This document shows positions 23,491-36,600 of a stretch of DNA of 56,228 nucleotides, piece after piece. Both the position numbers and the translations under genes were made by a program. Positions within the stretch are counted from its first letter, which is position 1. Each line of letters starts with the position of its first letter. Where the stretch lies: assembly GCF_001194135.2 (NCBI RefSeq), contig NC_068994.1, positions 5,444,724 through 5,500,951 of the forward strand, in the 5' to 3' direction. The stretch is from Octopus bimaculoides. Taxonomy: Eukaryota. The notes beneath the pieces are model-generated. The model did no database searches, was not told the DNA's origin, and was given only the letters and a program-made list of their open reading frames with translations.

Positions 23491-26400
23491 AGGTAAACGG
23501 AATTGCATGTGCTTGCATAAGAGTGCGTATTTCTGTTTACGAATAACTGTATATACAATTCTTTCTTATCAATCTTTATTGTTAATCTTTATAGCACATC
23601 TTTATGAAGAAACCCAGCTGAACGAAAACGAAAGTATATACGTGAACATGGCCAGTACTTCGTTTAAGTTAAATCTGCAGAAATACGTTTCTGAGAAGAA
23701 ACAGGAAGTGGAACCATTTAATGATGAGTTCTTGGTCAGTGACTATCTTTTATGAATATGTTAACAATTTCATTCGTAAACTACTCTATTGTAACCTAGC
23801 ATTATTCTTATTAGTGTCAGTATAAATTTAATGTATCAATAGAGTTGGAAGTTGGTGTGTTAATTCAGCATATAAAACTACATCAGTAAACCAAGTATGA
23901 AAACAATTGCAACAAAATTTTAAAATAGAAAACTATTATAGAAATAGTCTTCTATTTTGAAATAGNNNNNNNNNNNNNNNNNNNNNNNNNNNNNNNNNNN
24001 NNNNNNNNNNNNNNNNNNNNNNNNNNNNNNNNNNNNNNNNNNNNNNNNNNNNNNNNNNNNNNNNNNNNNNNNNNNNNNNNNNNNNNNNNNNNNNNNNNNN
24101 NNNNNNNNNNNNNNNNNNNNNNNNNNNNNNNNNNNNNNNNNNNNNNNNNNNNNNNNNNNNNNNNNNNNNNNNNNNNNNNNNNNNNNNNNNNNNNNNNNNN
24201 NNNNNNNNNNNNNNNNNNNNNNNNNNNNNNNNNNNNNNNNNNNNNNNNNNNNNNNNNNNNNNNNNNNNNNNNNNNNNNNNNNNNNNNNNNNNNNNNNNNN
24301 NNNNNNNNNNNNNNNNNNNNNNNNNNNNNNNNNNNNNNNNNNNNNNNNNNNNNNNNNNNNNNNNNNNNNNNNNNNNNNNNNNNNNNNNNNNNNNNNNNNN
24401 NNNNNNNNNNNNNNNNNNNNNNNNNNNNNNNNNNNNNNNNNNNNNNNNNNNNNNNNNNNNNNNTATAACATAGCTAAAATGTACAGCTATCGTTTTCATA
24501 TATTCACAGAGACTACCAAAAACCTTACCACTGCCTTATACTGAAGCAACAAAACCTGAGAATGCAAAGAAGAATCGCTATAAAACGATACTGCCTTGTA
24601 AATATTGATTTCTTTTTTGTAGTTAAGGCATCATATCCATCAAAGAAGTGAAATAAAATGTGCGCCTTTGTTGTGAAAAATGTAGATATTTTTCCAGCTT
24701 GACAAATATTCTCTATCAATAATGGTACTCATAGTTGTAGTAAACGTTGATGAGGACTCTTAATGGTTTTCATGAGATTATTTTGAAGCACCAGAAAAAT
24801 CAATACTCACAATTCTGAAAAGGCAAATCAACAAAGCTCTTCCATTATACTGCACTTCTATGGTCGGAGTAATTCACATAATGTCGACTACTTCATTTAT
24901 ATATGTGTACCTATTTCATGAATTTAAGCACCGAGTAAAGCTACTAATTCATGGCATGCATAGAAAATATATATATATATATATAGGTTATGAGAGGTAA
25001 TGGTGTCAAGAAGAGCCAAATGTATCAGGTAATGCTCACTAAGTGCTATGGATAGACCATAGTTAAGCTCCAGGTTCAGTGATTATACGGATGAGGAGTC
25101 CAACGTAGGTCATATATAAGTGTGTGTATATATAAAAAAAATTTCGTAGTGAGATAATAAAAAAACCAAGGCTGTGTAGATTTTAGAACATTTATAAATA
25201 GGTCTTACAGCTGTTTCCAGGATATTTATTATATTCGTTCCTCAGAGACGGTGTGAGAAGATAGTTAAGTAATAGTTAATTTAGATAACATACGAAATAG
25301 AGAGTGAAGTGGATGAATGAAAATAGATATGAGATATGTTAGGACATTGTATTTGTAGATCCATTATTTAGGAAGAATGGTATACATATAAGATTCGAAT
25401 ACCTTGTGAATAAATTTAAAATATTATTTAAAATTGGTCATTCCAAGTACAGAGTTTATACACAGTGTTATTGTCACTTTAGATAAAACCCTTGATTCAA
25501 TATTTTGTATCTTATCTAAATTAACTATTGCTTAACCATTTTCTCACACCGTCTCCGATGAAGAGATATAATAAATATCGTGGAAACAGCTTTAAGACTT
25601 ATTTATAAATGTTCTAAAATCTACACAGCTTTGGTTTTTTATCTCATTACGAAAAATGTTTATATNNNNNNNNNNNNNNNNNNNNNNNNNNNNNNNNNNN
25701 NNNNNNNNNNNNNNNNNNNNNNNNNNNNNNNNNNNNNNNNNNNNNNNNNNNNNNNNNNNNNNNNNNNNNNNNNNNNNNNNNNNNNNNNNNNNNNNNNNNN
25801 NNNNNNNNNNNNNNNATATACATACATACCGTCCCCCGTATAAAACCGACAACAAAATATAAATGGACAAAAGCAAAAAATGATCATAAGCAATATTTTA
25901 TGTGGCTGAATTAAATAGATTTTGTAACCCCCGTAATTGTGGAGATTTATGTTTAGTGAGTCCTTGAAATAAAATGCACTACCAGTTAAACAGTGCCATA
26001 AGATTACTCAAATAGTCTTGACAAGAACATCGACAAAACCTGTTTTCCATGAAAAAAAGGAACATAACCCATTTGAATCAAAATCATTGTTTTTGAGCTA
26101 AGAGTTATTTTTGCAAATTTCTCAGTATCTGATATATTTTGTGCGCTGGTAATTCTGGTTGATTAATGTCTCGTAGTTTGTCTTTTAATGCCACATATTA
26201 TATCCACACAGGACTAATTATGTTTCTACTCAATGATTTATATTGTGTAGGATTTGGAATACTGTCTCAATTTATTACTTAATGTTACGCTCTCGCTCTT
26301 GCAAATTCACGTTTCTCTCTTTTCCTTAATATGGCCAAGTGTAGAAATCATTCACAGTGTTTGTTGAATACTCATTTAATGTTTATTTCTTAATCAAATA

Positions 26401-29400
26401 TCACTTGTTGAGCCATTTCGTATAATATTACTTGATATTTTTTTTTTAAATTTCAGCAATATTTTGTGTTTGTTGTATTTTATAGTTTTTAGATACCTTT
26501 CTAGATTCTACTTCTTGCCAATATAACTGATATCTTACTAACTAAAAATACATATTTCTTCGTTGCATATTTCAGACGACCATTCACGTGTTAGGCTTCA
26601 ACCTGACGAGATATCCTCTTCAGATTACATCAATGCAAACTTCATCAGTGTACGTCAAAAATATTTCTTTCGCTCCTCTCATAAGTTACCATAACTTATT
26701 TTAACTAAAAAAATATGAAGTTGTTGTTGATTTGTGCAATCTAAGTTCATCTTGGTTTTAATGTATCTACGTGGCCATCGCATCTCTACTCTATATAAAT
26801 ATTTCAAAATAATTCTGTAGTTTTGCAAAATATGCATAGTGTTTATTATATTATTTCATAAGCTAAATTGGTCGTAACACTGAGTATGGTTTCGCAGCCT
26901 CACAGAAGTGAGTTTGCATTTTTTTTTTAGCAGGGGTGAGAAAGAAAAGTAGAACAAAAGAGAATTGTTCAATGACAAAAGTATAACAAACTTACTTAAA
27001 CAGAACTATAACAATAATAACAAATACAGCCACGATACTATTATTAGCAAATTTCATTTCCATTCACAATGGAATAAACGCTCATCAGTATGTATGCACT
27101 TTAGTATATACAAAATACAAGAGTTTTACTTCTAGATGAATTTAGTAATCCGTAGATTTAGAGATTACTAGTTTAGATATGAGGTGCACATTATAAATGA
27201 CGAATGTTTCGTTGGATTTCTGTGTTAATTTTATAAACCTCCAAGGTCAAATGTTAATGTTGCAAGGAAGAGGAGTTAGGACAACAACAATATTAATAAA
27301 TTATCATTCACTATAAATACAAATTATAAAAACCAATGTCGATTAGCATATACGAATGTGCGATAGTGAATTAAATTTTATATTTCATTCTTTGGTGTTT
27401 AATAATTGAATGAATGACATTTTAATAATCCTTTGATTTACCTTTGTTTTTTTTCTTTTGTTTTTTTTCTCTCAGAACCAGCGTTATATTGCTTGTCAAG
27501 GTATGTATTATTAATTATATTGATAAAGAAAAATAATTATATTGAAAGTTTTGTGTGAATCCTATCATCTTCAGGGCTTTCAGTAAATGAAATTGTATTT
27601 TCCAGGTTTTATTATATATCGCTTTTCTGTGGTCGTTAGAGGGGTAAAGAAAAATAAATATTCCATAAATTTTCACTGAAAATCTATCCTTAAATTATTT
27701 TCAGATTATTTTCTTCTCAACAAAAGCACCAGCCCTATCAATGAGCTAATTATTACATATCTTAAAACCCCCTCATTCATATAAGTAAATCTACTATAAT
27801 AAACTTCGTTGTGTATACATACATACATACATACATATGATGGCCGCTCTCGTCCAAGACGACGTACTAACGTTCGGCTTTCACCGGACGACCTGCACAA
27901 ATGATTCGTTTATAGTGATCAAATTTTTGTGCCGAACATTAGCTCACTGTCTCCATCAAATCGATATTGTCTGAACATGTGTACAATATGTCACTCCTCA
28001 GGTATCGAACTGATCTCAGAGCAACACGAAAGTATTTTACTCAAGTACACAAAACACCATTCGGACTAGTGACTGAAATCACAATTTTAGCAATCATGAG
28101 TGCAACACGTTAAATCCTAGCGCCCTCATATACATACATACGTACCCGTATATATTCATTGAATTATTCTTTTCTATCGCCCACCGAAGGAATGTGCGTA
28201 TATTATATATCTTACATTTCCTTTCGATATATAATTATCGGACATAACTCTAATTTGCAATTACTTCCAATGTTCGAGCTTTTGAGAAGCAATTCCCATG
28301 GTTCACTTGAAAACTTAGAGTTTATTGACTGTGGGGAAACAACGTAAAGTGCAAAAGCACACAGACAACCACAGGCCAATTTAAATAGGAGTAGAGTGTA
28401 GACAGAAATTTTAGGTTCTTCTAAATTTTTCTTAATGGTTTTCATTTTGCTCTTTTATTTGAACAGGTCCTACACAAAATACGGTGAAGGATTTCTGGCG
28501 GATGGTTTGGCAATTAAAATGTAACACTATAGTCATGCTAACTGACATTATGGAGAATGGAAAGGTATGGTGTTTCTTCAGGAGAACTTGATAACGCAAA
28601 ACATTCTTTAAGAAAATTTCTCTATATATGTATGTGAATGTGTATGTATGTATGTATGTATGTATGTATGTATGTATGTATGTATACGTTCAGAATTCTA
28701 AGCTTTGTTTATGTATATATTCTCATGCATATAGTTGTATATTTAGACATGCTCAAAAATACTTTAACTATAAACTTCTGGAAATTTCACAGCTTTTTAC
28801 AGTTCCAGGGATGGCTTAGATGTATGGTCTTCGAATATGCATGCATGCATGCATGTAAGTATGTATGTATGTATGTATGTATGTATGAATGTGTATTTGT
28901 ATGTATGTATGCATATATGCGTATATTCATGCATGCATAGACGCATCCAAGCCATTAGAGTAGAAATACATATTTCCCTATACATAGAATTATCGGAATG
29001 TTCATTACGACAGATGTTAACGGTTTTGATTTGCCTATAAATTTTGAAAGCGTTACGGTTATACTGGGAAACTAATATTAGATTCTTATCCAAAAAGCGA
29101 TGCCAGAACATAGAACTACAGGTTTCCCCATGACGCAATAGTTATTCCAAATGTTGGCACAAGGCCAACAATTTTGGGTGAAGGTTAAATCTATTACATC
29201 AACCCCGTTGTTCAACTCATACTTACTTTATCGACCCAGAAATTATGGATGGCAAAGTCGACTTCAGCGAAATTTGAACTCAGAATATGAAGATAAACGG
29301 AATACCGCTGAGGCCTTTGAACACTATGCATTTATGTGTGTCAGTGTGTGTGTGTGGTGTGTGTGTTTAGTATAAAATATTGTAACAGCTATATATTGTT

Positions 29401-30211
29401 TTGAGTGTTCTGTGATTTTAGTCACTCCTTTTCTGTTTAAGAATCACGATTTTAAGTGTCATTTTCTCTTTTTTATTTTTTATTTTATTTATTTATTTAT
29501 TTTGGCAGATTAAGTGTGTGCAGTATTGGCCAGATGAAGAGCATACTGAGTTATTTGGTTCCATCGAAGTTACACATAGCAACACTAGCTATCATTCAAC
29601 TCATATACACCGAACATTTATTATTTCTAAGGTAAGGCATTCCATAATATTTCATGTTATATATGAGTAATGTTACTTACAAGGACTAAAATAGTAGCAA
29701 TATAAAATCAACGTTCATTGAAATATTTCCAAATTTTATTTGAGTAACATTAACAAGAATGGTGAAATTCTGGGAGACCGTTGAATAAAATGTAGCCTAA
29801 CATAAAATTTAATTGCTAAAATAAACATGGAGCGAAAAAAGGAGAAGTAATTTTTACTCCTTTATAATTTAACTGCTTTCTTGCAATAAAATCATCATAT
29901 CATAGGTGCAGGCTGTGTGGTAAGTTGCTTGCTTATGTACATACCTACATCTATATGTATACTTACATGCATATATGGGTACAGGACATAAAAAAAACGT
30001 TAAACACAATGAGAAACTAAAACATAAAGACGAAGACAGAAAACGAACAGGCGTAGGAGTGGCTGTGTGGTAAGTAGCTTGCTTACGAACCACATGGTTC
30101 CGGGTTCGGTACCATTGCGTGACACCTTGGGCAAGTGTCTTCTACTATAGCCTCGGGCCGACCAAAACCTTGTGAGTGGATTTGGTAGACAGAAACTGAA
30201 AGAAGCCCGTC

Positions 30212-30273
<62 letters not shown>

Positions 30274-31283
30274 TTGTGTGTATTTGTGTGTCTATGTTTG
30301 TCCCCCAAACATCGCTTGACAACCGATGCTGGTGTGTTTACGTTCCCGTAATCTAGCGGTTTGGCAAAAGAGACCGATAGAATAAGTACTAGGCTTACAA
30401 AGAATAAGTCCTGGGGCCGATTTGCTCGACTAAAAGGCGGTGCTCCAGCATGGCCACAGTCAAATGACAAACAAGTAAAAGAGTAAAAGAATAACAGTAT
30501 ATCGCAAAAATATGGAAAGATTACTGAAAAAGTGTTTCTAATATCTATGAAGATCAAATCACTTTTTTAACATTCACTATCCAACCTTTTTGTATAACCA
30601 CGACTATGTAACTCAACATTTCATTTCTTTTAAACATCCTAACTTCTATTTCTAGACGGTTAAGTGACTGCTTTGGCGTTCTCTCGTTTCATATGTGCTT
30701 TACAGGCCAGATTCATCTCACTGAAGCAAGCACTATAGTACTTTGTGTTTTATCACTGATCTAAAATTTGCTATTTTGTATCGAAAACTGATGCTTTGCA
30801 GCGGGCAGCGCTGTGAAATAAGTTGGAAGCCCTGTAATGGTATCAAAATTAATATTATAATAATATATTACGATAGTGTTTTATTACATTGTTTAATAGT
30901 GTTTCAGTATAATTCTACATCTCTTTAATTCCAAACATTTCAACGTTTTATTTACAGACAGGTGTTCATCAAAATGAAAGATGGACAATCGATCACTTCT
31001 ACTTTAATAAATGGCCAGATCATGGCATTCCACGACACACAGAATATATCTTAGAATTCAGAAATATTTTAAGGTTCAGAGAAGCAACAACATCATCATT
31101 GGTCGTACATTGCAGGTTTGTAATTATATCTATAACATGCATAATTCATATCTTATATAATGATAAATGTGCATTTTTATATTTATAATAAGCATAATTA
31201 TATCCTCTATACAATGATGTTAAGGTTCCTTTTTATAATTTCTAAAAGAAGATCCAGAGCGGCAGAAATGAATTAGAAAGCTA

Positions 31284-31363
<80 letters not shown>

Positions 31364-31870
31364 TGTATGTATGTATGTATGTATGTATAAATTTAAATAC
31401 TAGGGGTGAATAACCATGTTCTCTAACCGGCAAAATTCACTGCAGAGAATTATTTGCTGCAGAATTATTTCCGGTATTTTGGCGCGCTAGAACAAAGACA
31501 TTTGAAATAGAACCCCTATTGTAATTAGTAGAACTATATACATGTTCAATCTCATGTGGAGGTCTCGTGTATAGTTGTGCAAATTATATTACCAAGACAA
31601 TGACACTGGATATTTGCAGACAATTACGTAAGTAATTACGTAAGTAATTACGTAAATGATACCAACGAAAGCGTTTTGTGATTAATATTTATATTTGTAT
31701 CTTTTCATTTGTCTTGCTCGCTTACGTTCTGGTATTTACTGAATTTTCTTGAGAACAATCTTTTCTTAGTGGTCAGACCATAGGTGGTCTTCTAGCAAAA
31801 TGGATGTCCATTTAGTGGTCAACCCTCTTATATATATATGTATATATATATGTATATATGTATATATATG

Positions 31871-31910
<40 letters not shown>

Positions 31911-33602
31911 CGTGCGTGTAATCGTGCGCGCGTGCGTGTGTTGGTAACAATTCATGTTAAATTTCGAAATGTTTTGTTATCACATAATTCATGATACAGT
32001 GAAAAAATATAAAGCTAAATCTTAGTAAATTGCAGGGTCCACGAAATTTCCCCTAAATTGAACCAAATAGGCTTCTGTGAACCGTGTACAACGTTTTGCT
32101 ATTTTTTGTGAGGGCCAACGATATTCAGAAATATTTTAGAGACAAAGTATCACGTTNNNNNNNNNNNNNNNNNNNNNNNNNNNNNNNNNNNNNNNNNNNN
32201 NNNNNNNNNNNNNNNNNNNNNNNNNNNNNNNNNNNNNNNNNNNNNNNNNNNTCAACAAAGAATCGATTATAAATATTGACATGGTTTAAGAAAAAGGAAA
32301 AATCTCAAAATAGAAGAATGACTGAGAAAAATATCCAAAGTTTACCTATTAGGTTCTTAGTAATGTAGGTGTATATATGATGTCAAGAAATTTTAACCAA
32401 TATTATCTGACGTTAACACAACATGTCGTCCCAATTTTGATTATTTCCATGCTTAAAGAATAATTTTAGTTAAAATTGTTTGCCGGAAAGTGTGTTAAAA
32501 TCAGATTTAGATCCGATTACCAATATTAGGGAATTCTATTAGGCGGTGAGCTAGCAGGATCGTTAGTATGGCGGGCAAAATGCTTTGTGACATTTAGTCA
32601 ATTTTTATGTTCTGAGTTCAAATTCCGCCGGCGTCGACTTTTTATATTTTCGAGGTCGATAAAATACGTACCAGCTGAATACTAGTTTCAATGTAATCGA
32701 TTTATCCCTTCCGCAAAATTATTGGCCTTGTACCCAAATTAGAAACCAGTATTATTCAACTGTTATTTTTTCTACTCCTGAATAAAAACAGTAAATGTTT
32801 TTTTTTTTTGTTTTTTAAGCCTAATCCATGTATTTATTTTGTTATTCATTAAATTGTTGGAAGCGATCATAGACATTTCATTGCCCTTGGCCTGTCTTTC
32901 AGTGCTGGTGTTGGTCGTACCGGAACTTACATTTGCATTGACATTCTTCTAAATGAGATGTTGACTGGTGAATCTGTTGATGTATTGGCATGTGTCACGA
33001 AGCTTCGGGAGGAGAGGATGCATATGGTCCAGAAAAGGGTGAGTTAATGACAATGTAAATAAGAAAAATACTTAGTCTAATAGCTCGTAACTCTCAGGAA
33101 CTCTCCCTTATATGGGCTTGCTTTCATCTTTTCTTTCAGCGGCAATGGTCATTGCTGTTATATTCTATAATTTAGCTATTTCTTGAAAAGTGGTGAAATG
33201 GTAGAAATTTTACAACTCCAGAGAAATTGGCTTGCAGGATTTGTAACCGTGTCTTCAATTTGATTTTAAAACTCGCTGATCTCAGCTTCACCTATAATAC
33301 TTCAGTCGATAAATAAAGTACCTGTTTGGAGTTGAGATTCCGTCTTCTCTCTATCCCTCACGCACACATATCTCTCTCTTTTTCTTCATCTCTTTCTCAC
33401 TAACTTGTGCTTTCTGTTCAAAACTCTAATCTTGTGACATTGTGTCACACTGGGTTATATATTAATAGTGCATGTGCCTGTTGAATACCGAGAATTGTAC
33501 GCTTTAATTTTATTTGTTGGAAGTCAGTAGATAGATATACACACATATATGCGTAAGTACAGACACTCACACACACGCACGCACATACATACATACTTAC
33601 AG

Positions 33603-33664
<62 letters not shown>

Positions 33665-36600
33665 CAATGAAATTTTAATCATAGATATTGGACACAAATG
33701 AAGTAATATTTCTAAAATTTCAACTTCTTAGGAGGTTAGTAAGACCCTTTAATGGGGGCTTAACCCCAATAATTTAGTCATTTTTCCTGAACCAAGACGA
33801 ATACAGTTTGTAGTCTTGTATATACATACACACACACCACACATATAGTTATATATCTATATAGTTATATATTTATGAAAAGTTGATTCGGTTATATCTA
33901 CTAACATATATAAACAAGTTTATATATGATGATAGTCTGTTTTAGTCCAAGCAAGCTGAACAAGCGACTTATTTATACTGATTAAATGTATGTACTGTTC
34001 ATTAGCTCACATTCTCTGTGAAATCTACGCTACCTGAACAGGTGCGCGTTGTGCCACATGTCAGGTGTCAAAGTGATCGCAGAGTAATATCAATTGTTTT
34101 GGTCTAGAAAAAATACGCACCACCCAGTGCAAGAATTGAGCCCACGTTCTTCGGATCATGTGTACAACTAATTCATGCGCCTTCACAAGGGAATATACAG
34201 CAAGTATAAGATTTGTGGCTGAAATTCATGTAGAGTTTGTACTTGTTAGTATGAAACTTAAACTGCTTACCGAATTATTCACTGAATTCCATGCATTGAA
34301 TTAGCATTTTCACAATAAGATAGATCTCACTAACTTCACCTATTCACCTATATCATTAACTTTAAATATTCAATAATATTTAGTTTTAGCCTCATTAGAT
34401 ATTGTCGACCTTGCCTACTCTGATGTTACGTCGCTGAATTCATCTCAAACTAATAGTATTACAGTATAGTATACGCCCAATCCTTACACAGAAAGAACAA
34501 ATGTCATTGAAAAGAAATACATTGTAACATTCTCTCAATTAGAGTTCACGTGATCGTGTAACGTGGCTTTTGAAGTTTCATTGCTGGGCGGATTAAATGT
34601 GGATTTAAAACACAAGGGAATAAGTTCATAAATTCCATAGATACCTTGTTTTACGCATGCGTTTTATTTGTTTTACTAAAGTTCTCAACAAGATTATAAG
34701 CCCGGTGACAACAATATTGGCAAGATATCGCACCTCGGCGAAATAATTAAATTTTCGTTTTTATATTAAGCCTATTTCCAATGAAGCTTCAACTCTGAAC
34801 ATCTTTTGCAGATTGTTGGGGGTTTATTTATCTAGTTCTCTCTAAAGAACAAGATATGAATTAAATACTCGATCACACTAAAGGTTTAACGTGTTAAGTT
34901 TTGTAATATGCTTTATTATGTTCACGACTTTCTCTCTCTTCATATTGATATATTTAAACCGTTTCCTACAAATCTCTAATCTCAGGCTGTTTTTCCCTCA
35001 AATTGATCAAACTAACCCATAATTGTATTAATCTCACGCATTCTTCAATTTCATTCTTCAATTTCTAAAAGGTTATTCATGAAACGAAGGTTTCTTTCTT
35101 TTTCTTTACCAAACTAATGACTACGAAACACAATGTCTTTTATTCCAAAATTTATTGTTTGCTTAAACACTGTGTCTATGTGATTTTAAACTGATTCATC
35201 TTTGTTTTCAGATACAACTGGAGTTTATATATGATGTTTTAGTCGAGAACATTCTCACCGGAGATTATGACATAGATGTGAATAATATACCAAAGGAATT
35301 CTCTAGAATAACGGAAACANNNNNNNNNNNNNNNNNNNNNNNNNNNNNNNNNNNNNNNNNNNNNNNNNNNNNNNNNNNNNNNNNNNNNNNNNNNNNNNNN
35401 NNNNNNNNNNNNNNNNNNNNNNNNNNNNNNNNNNNNNNNNNNNNNNNNNNNNNNNNNNNNNNNNNNNNNNNNNNNNNNNNNNNNNNNNNNNNNNNNNNNN
35501 NNNNNNNNNNNNNNNNNNNNNNNNNNNNNNNNNNNNNNNNNNNNNNNNNNNNNNNNNNNNNNNNNNNNNNNNNNNNNNNNNNNNNNNNNNNNNNNNNNNN
35601 NNNNNNNNNNNNNNNNNNNNNNNNNNNNNNNNNNNNNNNNNNNNNNNNNNNNNNNNNNNNNNNNNNNNNNNNNNNNNNNNNNNNNNNNNNNNNNNNNNNN
35701 NNNNNNNNNNNNNNNNNNNNNNNNNNNNNNNNNNNNNNNNNNNNNNNNNNNNNNNNNNNNNNNNNNNNNNNNNNNNNNNNNNNNNNNNNNNNNNNNNNNN
35801 NNNNNNNNNNNNNNNNNNNNNNNNNNNNNNNNNNNNNNNNNNNNNNNNNNNNNNNATTTGATATTGGAGCATGAAATCTAAGTTTCACTACACTCAAATC
35901 CTTCAATTTTTTTAATTAACTAACATAGATATTCGAAAGTGATTTTTCCATTTGAATACACCACTGTTTAAATTGAATTCCACTTCAAATCCATGCATCG
36001 TCCATATCACTGCATGTCATATTTCAAGTAATGTAACCCCATTCGCATGTCATTTTTGTATGGAATGCACGTATGAATGAATGTTTCGTGAAGGAAAATA
36101 AGAATTGAAGAACTTCAGGCAGATACCTTTGCAAGTACTTCATATGATGAATCTGGCTAAGGGAATGAGCTTTGAAGAGTATAATAATCCGTGTCGGTTG
36201 GTTTTATCTTGTGACACATACAAACTGTTAATCCGAAGTCATTCTCCAAGGCGGTACATTAATCACAGGGAATAAAAGTTACCAGGAAAGAACGAGGAAT
36301 TATGATTTTATTTACTGACATACTTTTCGCAAAAATTGATTAACCGAACGTTGAGAATACAGTGGTTTGTACTTGCAATCGATCAGTTAAGTAATCAATT
36401 AATCATTTGAAAACTGGAACTGTAGTCTCGCAAACTTTCTCTCATCGGAGCTTAAAAGCGGTAACATTTTCCAAAGAAATGAACAAAGAAATTTGCAGCC
36501 ATGTAACACTAAAATTGTGGCCTTCAAACTCGGCAAACTTATATCCCATAGGCTTCAACATATGAAGCATCGTTGAAAAGGAGACTAATTGACATTCTCA

